A DNA stretch of 64,000 nucleotides, taken from Nemertoderma westbladi (lineage: Eukaryota; Animalia; Xenacoelomorpha). Positions within the stretch are counted from its first letter, which is position 1, and each line of letters begins with the position of its first letter. The notes under the pieces were generated by a model, which worked only from the letters and a program-made list of their open reading frames with translations, had not been told where the DNA came from and did no database searches. The position numbers were made by a program, and so were the translations under genes. The stretch is taken from positions 1 through 64,000 of the forward strand of contig JAUCBJ010001863.1 of NCBI GenBank assembly GCA_032718475.1, written 5' to 3'. Of the stretch, positions 1 through 13,000 are shown in pieces.

Positions 1-61
1 AATTACTAAACCTAATGATCAGGTCCACTCAAATTATTAGCACAATTTCAAATGTGCCGGC

Positions 62-280
62 TTGTCGATAAAATTGCGCCGCCACAACTCCCTATCACAC
101 ATCATATTTGCAAGATCATCCGCATCTTCAAGGAAAGTGTCCTTTAAGAGGCTTTTCAAGAAAGTCATTGGCTGTCTAGTCAACCATGATTATTTTCTCC
201 ATGGGGCTGCCAAAGCACAAGATTATGCACTGGTTGGTCTTCATGGCGAACGAAATGCCCTGTAAAGCGGAGGCGGCTAT
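62..280 (-). mobile_element. Degenerate 3' fragment of an RTE-clade LINE inside a Ly6 intron (paralog at 17346-17562)
   Basis: Similar to 10085-10160 plus 11724-11860, the 3' end of the RTE element. The minus strand reads an RLxFxGH-like RTE C-terminal motif. Confidence 0.65.
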
Positions 281-2015
281 ATAATATTTAACTTGGAATT
301 TACATCGGCAAAAGCTCCAGTGATGCGGTGGCAGGATGCTTACCACATTGTATGTTTATATTCTGGCGCTAAGAGTATTCTAGGTTCCATTTATATAAGC
401 ACCAACATAGGAGTTCTACAAGCTTCACCCAGTAGCTGTTTTTTATTCACCTTTATGTATAAACCCGTTTATATGTACGAATGCTACGGCTTTGTACCCC
501 AGATGGCTTTTCAGATTCGCTGCACTCTCTAATTCTTATCGATGACTCTATAATTTTAGCAACCAGCCGTGACCGTTGTGTAAAAAAACGTGGTATATTA
601 TTAGATTTTTGTGCATAGTCGGGAATGATTATAAACCATAAAAAAACAAAATTATGGTTATTGGTAAAATCACTTCTGATGAGAAACACGATATAAATGT
701 ATTTAACAATTTGTACAGGTGTGAAACTGAAAGTTTTTTGTGCCACATTGATATCGGCAATCTGTTATGGATCTGATACGTAGATAGGCAACGCCGCTCC
801 CGCTATTGTAGTACATTACAATAATCTACTGTGCGCTGCTTTATGTGTGCGTAACAACACTTATAGAGATATTATTGTACATTGAATCTGGTTAACGGGA
901 GCCTTGGCCAATGTTTCTGACTAGCCAACGAAATCTTTTGGGTAAACTCAAGGCTAGGAGAAACTTGCACAGACCCGCAGTTTTCGTGATTGAGTTCGTT
1001 TGCGAAGCTGGACCCCAATGGGTAGGGTCATCTCAGGCCATTTAAACTGACAAGATGACCCAACCCACACGAAGCTGTCCGAACTACACAACCGAGTGTT
1101 TATAAGCGGATCAACTAGAAATATGGTTTACAAATCATTTAATCCTTCACTCGTGACGTCAACCATTTATACACGGCCGCAGCTGGATATCTACGAATCA
1201 CATCGCAAAGCGCGGACTAGGTTCCGTCTTCGGTCGACCAATCAAAGTGTAGAAATAGGGAGATGGAATCGAGTCCTTTATGAACGACGTATTTGCATGC
1301 GTGGCTCGCCTCAATCTGAATCAAATGATATTTGCGTTTGCCCTTTTATTGATCCAATTTAGAAATAGATTATCATTAGAATACACGTCCCCATCCACAG
1401 AACTATCTAGTGTTCCAATACATTCCAAACATATACATATGAACTGTTAAGTGTTAGAAATTTAGATATTTTATTGTAATTTATTGTATTTTGATTTAGA
1501 ACCTTTATTATTAAGTAAGCGATATATTTTTCTAACTCTAATTACTAATTTATTTGTACGTAACGTTTGAGTTCTCTATTAGTATATACACATTATTTTG
1601 ATCTTGATTGGTGTTATTCTCTTATGTTTTCAAGAGTGCCGCGGCTGGTACCTTTTTAGGATTCGCAACATTTAACCGGTCCTTATTTATATTATGAGAG
1701 TGTTTGGTCTGTCAGTGTCAGTAAAAGCGTATATTTAAATCAATTGGACCTCATGCAGGTCAATAATAACTAACTAACTAACTATATTCTAGACACCAGG
1801 CCGACGGCCGAGTATTTCTGGGATATTAAACCGTCCGCAGTAACCCAGTCTGCCGCTTGGGGTGTATAAGTGATTAGCGGATATCTGCTTATACTTTGCT
1901 TATTTCGAGTTGACACTTAATATAAGTTTATGACACGTGTTGCGCGAAGTTCCTACTTCGTGTAATGGAAGGTATGTAAGGTAAATTAGGTTCATATTAT
2001 AAGTAATTCACTGAC

Positions 2016-2132
2016 CCAACATCCCTGAAAGTTAGTATCAGCAGTACAACGTTCCAACTCGATCCCAGAAGAGGAGCAGGAATTCTCGATTGAATTACCT
2101 TCTTCTTCGCATACGTAGCAGTATTGTACAAA
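2016..2132 (-). CDS. Internal exon of Ly6/uPAR (three-finger, Quiver/Sleepless-like) gene copy A; the terminal exon should lie just left of the window
   Basis: Acceptor tttactttcag with an upstream ctaat branch-like motif, then FVQYCYVCEEEGNSIENSCSSSGIELERCTADTNFQGCW and donor gtcagt (phase 0). It is paralogous to 18656-18772. Confidence 0.75.
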
Positions 2133-3771
2133 CTGAAAGTAAATTAATAAAAATTATTTATTAGTGTTATTAAAAGAACAATTTAAACTAGAACATCTAA
2201 TTACATTCTACAAAATATAACCTGATTCTAATACTATGAAGCAAATAGGCCATGTACCGCAGTAGGCCCATACCGCAGTAGACTCTCATGTACCATGCAC
2301 TTAGTCCCAGTTTTGTTTTACTTAGGCCATCAAGGTCTTCCATAATATTACAAACAATGACAGTCAGGAAACACCTGAAATTTTCTTGAAAAGTTTACGA
2401 TTTTAATAATTTTTCGTTTATAACTATAATAACTGAAAGAAACTAAAACTGAAATATAAATCAATCTGCCAGTTATCAAACGCAATTGAGAAATTCACAT
2501 TTATTTACAAACAGAGCTGTACAGCGATATTTAAATTAATTCGTGAGTATTACAACAGGATCTAAATTTATACTTAAATTTCAGTGTTCTAGAAAGTCAT
2601 AAAATAATACATAAAAATAATAATAATACTGCTTCAATTCTGTATTATACTATATTAAAAAGTTATTCCTTCATAATGGCCATCGGAAAATTCCTCGATA
2701 AATCATATATCCGGAAAACTTCCATTCCCAATGATGGAAGTTCGACATAGTTTTCTTACTACCGGTACTGACCTGGGCGGGTTTCTAATTTTTCTAGTTA
2801 TTTCGCTTTATCAAGCCGTTAAAAAGATCCTAGATGTGTCACTACCGAATTAGCCACGCAATTCTCGGTCGAATTTAAGCCCCGATTTAGATTTAGCTAC
2901 AAAGCCGTCACCTAGCTGGACGTGCGCTAATTCGAGAACGCCTAACGGCATGTTCGGTCACCATGTTTTATACAGCTTATTTGCAGCGATTAACCGCTAG
3001 GTGTCGCTACGGTATTGCACCTAAATAGAAAACGGGCTAAAAACGGTTTCGGAATCTGGAGATAAAGTTGATAGTTCCAATGAGATCTCGAGATTATATT
3101 CCAAAATCCAAAATATGAGATGGAGGTGGTTAAGTAGTGGTAAACATTGTGTAGTAAAGAAAAAGGGAAACATCCTGTCAGACCAGTAGTAAAAAAAAGT
3201 GTATATTTATGATCACACCAATTTCCTTAGTATTCGATTGAATTTGAAAAATATTTCGGGTTGATAAATATAAAGTTCATTTATTTTGTTGTTTAATGTT
3301 GTATTTAAGTACTGTATGTAGCCCTGCATTGTAAATAAAGTCTTGCATTTAGTGTCAAAAGTGAAAGAAAATGAACCCAAAACAGAAGAAAAATTCATAA
3401 ATAATGATAATATATAAATAGAACTTAAACTGTTACCTCTCCTGCAGCAGTATTGAAAAAAAAATAAAAATAATATTAATATTAATAAATACAAACTAAA
3501 TCAATTATAATTAATTCTACAATAAACCCGATTAGTTAGTATGCAGACCACCGCAGCTGTATATAGAGATACAGACCCAGTTGAACTCTCATTTGGAACG
3601 TCAAGATAACAGCCTTTAAAGCTACATGCACCCCCAACCAATTATAACTTTTCGTCAGACACCAGTATTGGAAATTAAAATACAGTAAATGTCACCATGT
3701 CTAATTAGTATGTACTGTAGCATCTATTTAATTGTTAGCTATATAGGTCTACATATTTTATATACATTATT

Positions 3772-3879
3772 CTTATTTGTTTTTCTTCTTCTAGGATTGA
3801 TTGCAGAGATGACCCCCCCTAGTAATATATATTTGGGGTCATCTCTGCAATCAATCCCAGAAGAAGAAAAACAAATAAG
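3772..3879. repeat. Inverted repeat with ~45-bp arms (paralog at ~24560-24672)
   Basis: cttatttgtttttcttcttctaggattgattgcagagatgacccc is followed by its reverse complement ggggtcatctctgcaatcaatcccagaagaagaaaaacaaataag. Confidence 0.85.
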
Positions 3880-4181
3880 TTTACATACGCTATATATATA
3901 TATATATAGTGTATGTAATGTAATATTTGGGAAATAAATATGTTGAATTGAAATTGAATTGAATTGACAGACTTGCTCACGGAAAATCTTGGAATGGAAG
4001 ATCCAGTATAAAACAACCGAATCCGAAATAAAGACATGCTCTGCATTAATTAAACTGCTAAGGTTAAGGAAATCAATCACAAGGAGAAGGAATCACACCT
4101 TCTCTGGAGGTAAATATAATATTTTAGGCAGTAATTATTATACTGTAGTGTACCAAATATGGCAGTCCTTGGCGCCCATGT

Positions 4182-4378
4182 GAAGAATATAAGGTTTGCA
4201 CTTTTAGGTCGAAATTTTATTGACATTTTACATATGAAGAATGTTTATATTTTTTAATTTCTCCGTATTAAGGGGTGGGAGGCGGGTTAATACGAAGAAA
4301 TTAAAAAATATAAAAATTCTTCATATGTAAAATGTCAATAGAATTTCGACCGAAAAGTGCAAACCTTATAATCTTCTT
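4182..4378. repeat. Foldback palindrome/MITE-like element with ~90-bp arms (paralog at ~25039-25235)
   Basis: gaagaatataaggtttgcacttttaggtcgaaattttattgac... is mirrored by ...gtcaatagaatttcgaccgaaaagtgcaaaccttataatcttc. Confidence 0.85.
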
Positions 4379-4429
4379 ATTCACGCCCTCACCCGCCCTC
4401 ACCCGCCCTCACCCACCCTCACCCACCCT

Positions 4430-5100
4430 AACCCCCCCCCCCCCCCCCTTCAAAACTTTTTTCAAATTTTTTTTACGATTTAATCTACAGCAGATTTTAT
4501 TATCACGATTCCAAATTTGAAAACCGTTTAGCAAGATCTATTTAGTTCTCGAGTTATGGCTGTCTGTCCGTTTCATTGTCGGTCTGTCTCTCTGTACAGT
4601 ATGTCTGTCCGTCAATAAAAACCATACTATCTCTCTAAAAAATTCCCTATACGGGTTGTCAGGTCGGTGACTTCAGTTCTGATGTCATTATTGTCATTAT
4701 TCAAATTTTGCCTCGTCGTTTCTGTCTATATGCCTGTCAGTCTGTCCGTCAAAATATAACCGACAGTCTGACAGCCAAACAGACAATTTGAAAGTCATCA
4801 AATGTTAAACTGACACTCGAAATGAATTCTGCGACCAGCAAAACGACCTATAGAAAAACGTTTAGATAGAAGGGGTGCCATTTTATTAAATTTGACGGAC
4901 ATATTGTCGGATAGTCAGATAGACCGCCAAACAGACATACAGACTAACTAGATTTCATTCAAAGTGAAAACTGACCTCAGAAATGAAATCAACGACCATG
5001 AAAATCCCCACGGCAAAAATCTGAACATGGTTATGTTCTTTCTTGTTGCTAGAAAAGTATTGACAGACATTCTCACATATTAGCAAACAGTTTTTGCGCG
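4430..5100. mobile_element. Dispersed repeat with GTCT/GTCC microsatellite blocks, possibly DINE-1/Helentron-like; relatives at ~25260-25920, 32361-32830 and 40229-40625
   Basis: Four places share gtctgtccgtc tracts and core sequence. The Helentron assignment is an inference from the microsatellite style only. Confidence 0.45.
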
Positions 5101-5947
5101 GGAAGGTTCAAACTTTAAAACCAATTATCTCAGAATGACATTTATCATTTTTAAAACACAACTACTCCTCCGCCATTTTTCAACCAAATCTAATGATTTT
5201 TAGGCTCATTCGAAAGGGTTTCGGCAGTTCTTTAACATTAATCTTATAGAATTTATTTTAAAAAGTTTATTAGGTCGATAAAAGTAGCATATATATTCTG
5301 ATAATTAGTTTAGGTGCTCTGTTATTACATAAATATTGCCACGGGGAATTTATATTAAAGAAGAAAACATTCAGTGATCTAGGTGGGGCCTTTATTTTCT
5401 CTTCAGTATCTAAGGGGTTAAACCAAACATTAACCAATAACCATATATGGAAGGGGTTAAACTAAACATAAACCAATAACCATATATGGAAGGGGTTAAC
5501 CAAACATTAACCAATAACCTAATATAACCCATAACCATCACACATATAAACTGGTAACATATAGCAGTTGTGTTTAATGAATCATATAGAACTGTAGACC
5601 AAGGTACAGTATCTCTTCTACAACTCATTGGGAATTCAAACTGTAAAATAAATAATAAAAACGTTAAAGTAAATAATTTTATAGTAAAAAACGATATTTA
5701 TTCCGGAACTAAAGTATTATTAATAATTATTATTAACTTTTCACCCAAATATATTATTATATTTTATTTATATTTATATAAATAAAATATATATTATATT
5801 TATATTATATTATTTAATATTTATTATTATAATTTTTTATAATTATATTAATATTATTTATATATTTTATATTTAAATGTAAAAGTTAGTTTCCAACGCT
5901 ACTCTGTTGGAATTATTTAGTAATTTTATATAAATCTTACAGTTTCC

Positions 5948-8244
5948 CTAAATCAAAATCTTCATTTCAACTCGAGAAGCCGGATTCCCTGTAGTAAAAT
6001 GGTACCAATAAGGTCCTTTCGGCCACTCCCCACCATATTCTACGTTTAAGTCACTGACCGCCAGGCAGGTCTTGTACCACCACGACCCAGTAAGTTCTAC
6101 GGCGCAGTTGTAGTCGTCTGACTCGTCATTATCGCGGTCCTTGGTAGAGAATGGGAGACCGTTGTGATACTCCAATGAGTCACCAGCAGTACCATGGTAA
6201 CCGGATACATGTAGGGTGTAATTAGTTGCAGCTGATCCGATAGAGAAGTTGTTGTATTCCGCGTATCGGTGTTCGTTGGTGTAATTCAAACGCTCCTCGG
6301 TTTTAACATCCAACCCCCTTCCAGTGAACCACAAATCGACCCTCAACTTCACCCCGCTTTCACTCAGCTTGTGGATCGTCTCCAACCCCAACCAAATATT
6401 CGTCTCCGGATCGCCAAATCCTTCAACATATTCATCCCAGTTTCGATAGAAGTCAACAGATCCATCAACTCTTTGTTGAATCTTTATCTCCGGACCATCA
6501 ACTGTTTGTTGAATCTTTATCTCCTGCCCAAACAAGAATTGGCTAAAGAAACTAACATCGTTCTTTAGCTCATCGACTTGGTTAGTTAAGGTTGTATTTA
6601 TATCGATTACTTGGTCACTCAACTGTGTAATATTTTCTTTCAACTCTGTATTCTGTTCTTCCAATTCTGTAACCTGTTAGGAAATATTTTTATTAGAAAT
6701 ATTAGTGAATACCGTTGAGTGAGGGGGTGTGAGATCCGGTAAGATTTGTGGAAAGATCCATTCCGATTCCTTTTAGAGGGCGGGCCTATGGAATTATAGA
6801 TGTTTTTTAATAACGAATTCAACTCAACTTTTCACCACTTACAATATCTATGAAATCGCATGAAATTAAATTTAGCAAATAATTATGTTACAAATGATTA
6901 AGGCGGCAGTGTGGCGCTCATGAGGTTCAAATGAGAAAGAGTTACAAATTTTGAAAACGGCACTGTGCCGCCTTTATGTGGGGTAGTATAATTAGTGATG
7001 TCTGCTTTATATAAAAATCTTTGTAACGATAAGAAAATAAGCCTTTGTTCAGATCATATTTATTGGGAAGAAAAATATTATTGATTGTACATTGTTTACA
7101 TTGTTCACAACTTTTTCCTCCCAGTCCAATCATTACTGGTGAATCTGAGTTTAATGTTGAAAATGTGCGATTCAATACTGTGGATATAAAATAATAATAA
7201 TAATTTAATATAACTAATACACTTACATTAATGGCTCCACATTGTCCATCATTTGCCTGTAATAATAAATAAATTATAAATAGCTATTCATGAAAGAATA
7301 ATATGGTATAATATGGAATATTATGGTATTGTTTTTAAGTGGTTAAGTTATTAAGTGTTACTGTATGATCGCTAATATTATTTTACATGCTACTCCAAAA
7401 AGAGGGAGTGGCAGAAAATGTTAAAATGTCCACCACATTACAATATTACAAGAAATCTTATATGAGTTGGGGGACAACTTGCTAAGAGCTGGGGACAACA
7501 TATATGACCTGGGGACAACTGATATGAGCTGGGGACAAACTGGCTGATTATAGTGTGGGGACAACGGGACAGCAAACATGGACATGGGAATAAAACGTGG
7601 ACAGGGAAACAGACGTGGTTGGACAGACGGATATCCAACGCGACATGGGGAGACCTGTTGTGGACAAGGGGACATCAAATGGTCGGAGACGCGGATAACC
7701 TATACGGACAACTGGAGAACCAAAAAGGACAACTGGACACCCAATATGGATATTCCAACACAGAATAGCAAACTAGTCTGCAATACTCGACAAAAACAAA
7801 AATAAATACTGAATTGAATAAATAACAGACGGTTGGTGAGGAACTGGCTATTGGCTACAGTCATATCTGCGCTGTCACTCTCTTTAGGATGCTAACCTTT
7901 TATTTATGTAATGGAATTATTCTGTGAGAAAACGTTTCTCTGCTTTGAAGAATAAATCAAACACTATTTATATAGGAGGGTTATATTATCACAGCAAATT
8001 ATTAAATGAAAAATTACGATAAAAAAGCGAAATGAATACTTTATGAATTAAATAATAAACTAACCTGTTCTAGAATCAAACCGGATTTAGTTCCATTGTT
8101 TCCATCGTCACATAAGGGAACATCCAACCCAAAGTTGATGAGGTACAGCTTCCCTTCTTTATCGCCGCAGACGCCTGTTGGATTTACTGGCGAAAGGAAA
8201 AGAACTGACAGCAGAGAAAATAGTTTAAGACTTACCGGTAACAT
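5948..8244 (-). CDS. Secreted coiled-coil + fibrinogen C-terminal domain (FReD; ficolin/angiopoietin-like) protein, copy A, ~311 aa; exons 8244-8065, 7256-7227, 6673-5948
   Basis: Signal peptide MLPVSLKLFSLLSVLFLS. All junctions are GT-AG phase 0 (CAG|gttagt; tacag|GCA..AAT|gtaagt; cctaacag|GTT). FReD motifs IQQRVDGSVDFYRNWDEYVEGFG, WLGLE, FSTKDRDND, NCA..GSWWY, EMKI are present. Confidence 0.88.
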
Positions 8245-8328
8245 TTTTACAGTATTTGTAAATAACTTGTAACTAAAGTTAAGATAATTTTCTGTTAAAG
8301 AATGGTTTTAATGCCCTAAAAATCCTCC

Positions 8329-8336
8329 TATTTATA
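8329..8336 (-). promoter_or_regulatory. TATA box of FReD copy A
   Basis: TATAAATA on the minus strand ~85 bp upstream of the ATG, conserved in copy B. Confidence 0.55.
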
Positions 8337-8511
8337 CACTTTTGACAAAGGCAATTACTTATGCAATGAATAAAGTCTCATAAAGGCAATCAAAGGCGGC
8401 AATTATTAAAACCTTTATAGAACAATTATTAGTAACTACCTTAGTGTAGATACCATTGTATGTAATTTATCACTTTAAATTACATTCTTATGATTAACAG
8501 TGATCAGATTA

Positions 8512-8619
8512 ACTGCTGGCGCCTAGCTACCAGTTACAGACAGACTGTTGGCGCCTGGCTACCAGTTACAAAGTTACAAACTGACTGCTGGCGCCTAGCT
8601 ACCAGTTACGTTACAGACA
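8512..8619. repeat. 32-bp minisatellite, 3 copies, upstream of the FReD A promoter
   Basis: Unit gactgctggcgcctggctaccagttacagaca. Confidence 0.85.
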
Positions 8620-8637
8620 AGGGCGTCGCAGCGGTGG

Positions 8638-9999
8638 TGTAAAGGATTTCTCGTGCCTTTCAGCACAATAAGATCCTAAACGGCTTTTTAAGTATCTCAA
8701 AATTTCCTAGTCTTAACACACTCGTTTACTGTTTTGGTTTCTCCTCGGCTGAAAGACTGACTCGCATAGAACACGGTCCGTCAACGACTTGTTATAATCG
8801 GACTTCCTCAACCCTTTCATGATAGTACTAAATCACAGTGATTTCTATTTTCCATTTATTAATGTCTTCATTGGTATAAAAAATAGTGTAGGCCTACGGT
8901 ACGTAACACCATAGAAAATCCTCCGGGAAGAGGGAAAAACAGAAACCGGATGAGGGGTGGTTTGGGTCCCTTAGGAACCAAAGTATAACATCGAAAAATT
9001 ATACAATCCAAATAATTAACCAAAAGGATAATACACAAAATGTAGTATTTTAGTCGTTTCTGGACTAAAATACTAAAAGTCTAAAATGTCTAACAGTCTA
9101 ACAGGTCTAAAATGAAAAGAGGTTTCTAAAACAGTTGTAATAAACTTGGTAATAGTGCAAACACCAGGTTACCTTCTGTGTCCAAACGGGGGTGCGACCT
9201 GATTGGACGCCGAAAGTTAGCTGCTACTTTATCCTCCAACTTAGAGGTTTGACCGAAGGTCGCTCCAATGAGTCTGCGGGCAGAGTACGCAAGTTCTAGA
9301 GGGCTGGTTGGCCACAAGCTCGGTTCTCAGCGGGAACTACCCACCTAAGCCCCACCGATACTAGGCGAAGTAAAGGAGAGTATAGGAACAGTCCAGCCCA
9401 ACTGCTGAGAAACTGAGCCAAGATAGCGGGCCAGGGGGCTGCCATCTACAAGGCCGAGTGTTTCTGACTGTTGATTTTGTGAAATGTGGCCTCTTATGAA
9501 CCCGGTGTTTGGGGTCAATATGTAGTTGACCCCTAATTATCACTTGCTAAGGATAGTGGTCTTTACTTAGCAAGGATCTGTTAAATACACGTTAAATTAT
9601 GATTAATATTGACTGGCAAACTGACCAATAATCGTATACACGGCAACGTTATGGTATAGAGTTTTTATTGGCTATAATAATAATTCCCTGGTTGAATGAA
9701 GCAAGGCCAAATAATAGGAAAGAGGACGGCTAATAAGGTGAGGCTCTCCCATTGGGTAAATGTTATTGGGAGAAAGGCCAGGGTGATGTTACAATGTTGC
9801 TACTGCGGTGGGTTTATTAGTGATTAGGGGTGACTGTGAAGGACAAGGCCGTTGTATATTGGATGGCAAATGGGTGAGGCTTGAATTAAGGAATACGGAT
9901 GGATAATATGGGAAATATTATATACTGTATCTAAATTAGAATTACGAGGGAGTGTAGATTTTATAGTGCTTCATACGAAGGCGTGAAAAATCGATTACA
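8638..9999. mobile_element. Solo-LTR-like insertion (TGTAA...TTACA)
   Basis: Imperfect ~22-bp terminal inverted repeat and a degenerate 5-bp TSD (ggtgg/agcgg). The empty paralogous site at ~50016-50045 reads gtcgcagcgcagtggttacattgcg. Confidence 0.65.
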
Positions 10000-10033
10000 A
10001 GCGGTTACATCGCGTTTCGGCAATTGTCGCGTT

Positions 10034-13000
10034 CTACTACTACTACTACTACTACGATCGGAATGCTGCATTGCAGCTGCGGCTGTCGACAAAATTGCAC
10101 CACCACAACTACCCTATCACCCATGACATTTGCTACTGTAGTTCATCCGCATCTTCAAGGCCAGTGTTGCCGTTATTCCCCAAAACCATGGGGGAAAAAC
10201 GCCGATACTGGAGGCGGAATTTTCAGACCACGGGATTCCGGCCAGTCACCGGATATTGGGAGTGGAGAAGGAGTCCTTTCTTAAATGCAAGATTGCGATT
10301 GAGAAAACGTTGCATTGGTTGGATATAATCTTTTAATGTAACTTTCCTACAGTTGAATCTTGTTCAACATTGAATACCAAATAATGCAGCCTTTTCTACA
10401 GTTGAACCCTGATTGAGAATAAGTTGGGCTTCCCCACATCAATATACACCAAATATTCACAATAATATACGAACATAGAAATTCCTACAGTACATTATTT
10501 AATTACCCATTGTTCGCTTTAGATTTTAACCTAACTAATGTTCCCCATTATCCCTCGGTCCTAGTCTCGGTACCATAGTGTCGGTGTTAGTCGACCCTGT
10601 TGCGTGTCCGTCCCACCCTTCCCGAACCCCGAAGGGATCAGTCATCCAGGAAAGCGGTACGGCTTGGCTAAGGGTCGGTCAAGTCGGTAGACCCGGTTGT
10701 GTGTCCGTCCCACCCTTCCCGAACCCCGAAGGGATCGGTCATCAGGAAAGCGGTACAGCTTGGCTAGGGGTCTGTCGAGTCGGTGGACCCGTTTGCGTGT
10801 CCGTCCCACCTTTCCCGAACCCTGAAGGGATCGGTCATCAGGAAAGTGGTACGGCTTGGCTAGGGGTCTGTCGGTACATCACAGGGACCCAACCGCCTAA
10901 GCTTTCCAAATCCTTTTCAGGCTCGTAGTCGCTTCGGTAGCCGAGAAGCTGCTCCGAACAGTCAGTAGGCCAGTGGAGTCCAGTCCTTTGTCTTTCGACC
11001 CCGTTGCGTGTCCTGTCCATCCCACCCTTCCTGAACCCCAAACGGATCGGTCATCAGGAAAGCGGTACGGCTTGGCAAGGGGTCTGTCAGCCCGTCCTGA
11101 GTCCCAACTGTTGGTAGTTTTCCGAGTCCTTATTCAGGCTCGTACTAACGCCGGTGGTGGAACCCACTCCAGGAAGGCAGTCCTCGTCGAACCCTTCCTC
11201 TGTTTAGTTGGTCGACCCGTCGCAAGTCCCTGGCGTAGTCGGCAAGCTTTCCGAGTCCTTATTCAGGCTCGTAATAACTGCCGGTGACCAGGGACCGCTA
11301 ACGATCTGTCTGTCGGTTCCCGTCGCAAATCCCTGACACAATCAGCAGACTTTCCGAGTCCTTATCCAGGCTCGTGATAACTGCTGTTGGCCAGGGACCG
11401 CTAAGGGCAGTCCTTGTCCCTAGGCCTAGCGAGGTACCAAATCCACCTCTACAGGCAGCAGGAAGTTGGCTAGGCCTAATAGTATTCAGGTAAACCTGAG
11501 TACTGCTTGATTTTGCCTCCCACCTTTGGCCCTTAAATATCTGATATGAGTCCCGTACCCCTTAAGTCGCCCCAATATTCGCCTGTGAATCGCCCCCAGT
11601 CCATTGAATATACCCAAATTCCATGTTCCCGTGCCCAGTACTGATATTGGAATATTCATTATAAATAAATCCGAAAAATATTCAACTCGCGTTATGAAAA
11701 GTTGAAATACCGCGAACAGCCAGTGTCCTTTAAGATGCCACTCTAGAAAGTCATGGGCTGTCCACCATGCTTATTCGCTCCATGACGCCGCCAAAGCCCA
11801 AGATTATGCACTGGCTGGTCCTCACGGCGAAAGCAATGTCCTGCAAAGTGGAGGCGGTTCCGTTCATGTTTCATGCTAGGGGATAGTAATTGAACATTAT
11901 CTAATGTTTTATAGAGTCAGATTGGAGATGTGTTCATTGTACTTGACACAATGAACCCGGCGTAGCATTCTTGTGAGTGTGCCATCCAGAGATGTGGTAT
12001 CCTCTGCAGTTAGAGCCCAGCATGGACTCCCATAAGAGTATTGGTACTACTACTGCCATAAATAATCGAACCTTAAGGTTTCGTTTTATTCTATGGGACA
12101 TCCAAATTCTGGAAAAACTATTTAACGCTGCCCATGCCTTCCCCCTTAGGTATCCGAAGGTCTTCACCTGACTTTCTGCTCCATGATCCCATGTAGCAGA
12201 AGTCATCCACGTGCTCAAGCAAGCCATCCTTGGAGCTTATGCCATTACGATCAGACATTTCTTGAGGGCTGTCTAGGTTGCCTGTAATGGATTTATTCTC
12301 TTGGAATTTACAAAAAACACTAGAAGCAACCTGCTCCAATGAGTAGAGGAGCCTTTGTGCTCCCTCTAGTGATTCTAACAGTACCCCTAAGTCATCAGCA
12401 AAGTCTAGATCAGTAAGGTACTTTGCTGGATTTCCTCTACTTCTTGTGCCAGTAGGGGGTGTTACCGTCACCCCATCTTTATTAAGATGATCTAAGGACA
12501 AGCGTAGAACACAATCAACAACAATTACGAATAAGAATGGCGCAAGTGTGTCAACCTGAAGGACTCCCCATAAGACTTCGAATGGATCTGTGTCACCATC
12601 AGCAGTAGACACAAATGTGGTGGAACCATCGCACAGTGATCTGATAGCTGCTATAATTTCCTCAGAAATCCCATATGCTGCAAGTATGCTGAACATACGT
12701 GGTCGGGAGACTGAAGTCCTTAAAGAAGTCAACAAAGATAATAGCCAGTTGTCTGTCTTTCTTTATCGATAACTCTTCGATTATCCATCAGAGTGCCAGA
12801 ATAGACTCCATCATCCCACGACCTTTACGGAACCCATTTTGGTTCCCAAGTAACAGTCTCTCAACAGGATCCCTGATGCGATTTAATAGAATTATGTTGT
12901 ATAGCTTTGAAGCAATCGAGATTAGTGACATTTTAGATTCCACTAAAAGATCCACGGGTTGTTAGGTTGCCCTTCTTTGGGGTTGGGACCAACTTATTTG

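Noticed and set aside
62-532. ORFs duplicated at 62/17346 and 293/17577 as conserved genes
   Set aside because: The similarity comes from the recent duplication. They have non-ATG starts, lie in an intron and are partly antisense to RTE remnants.
676-690. ctgatgagaaac as a hammerhead core (also ~17962)
   Set aside because: There is no helix II between CUGAUGA and GAAA.
3437-3495. Hydrophobic stretch with donor gtaaca as the Ly6 signal-peptide exon (paralog 20010-20068)
   Set aside because: It has no in-frame ATG, and its phase does not match the phase-0 acceptor at 2133. Left unresolved.
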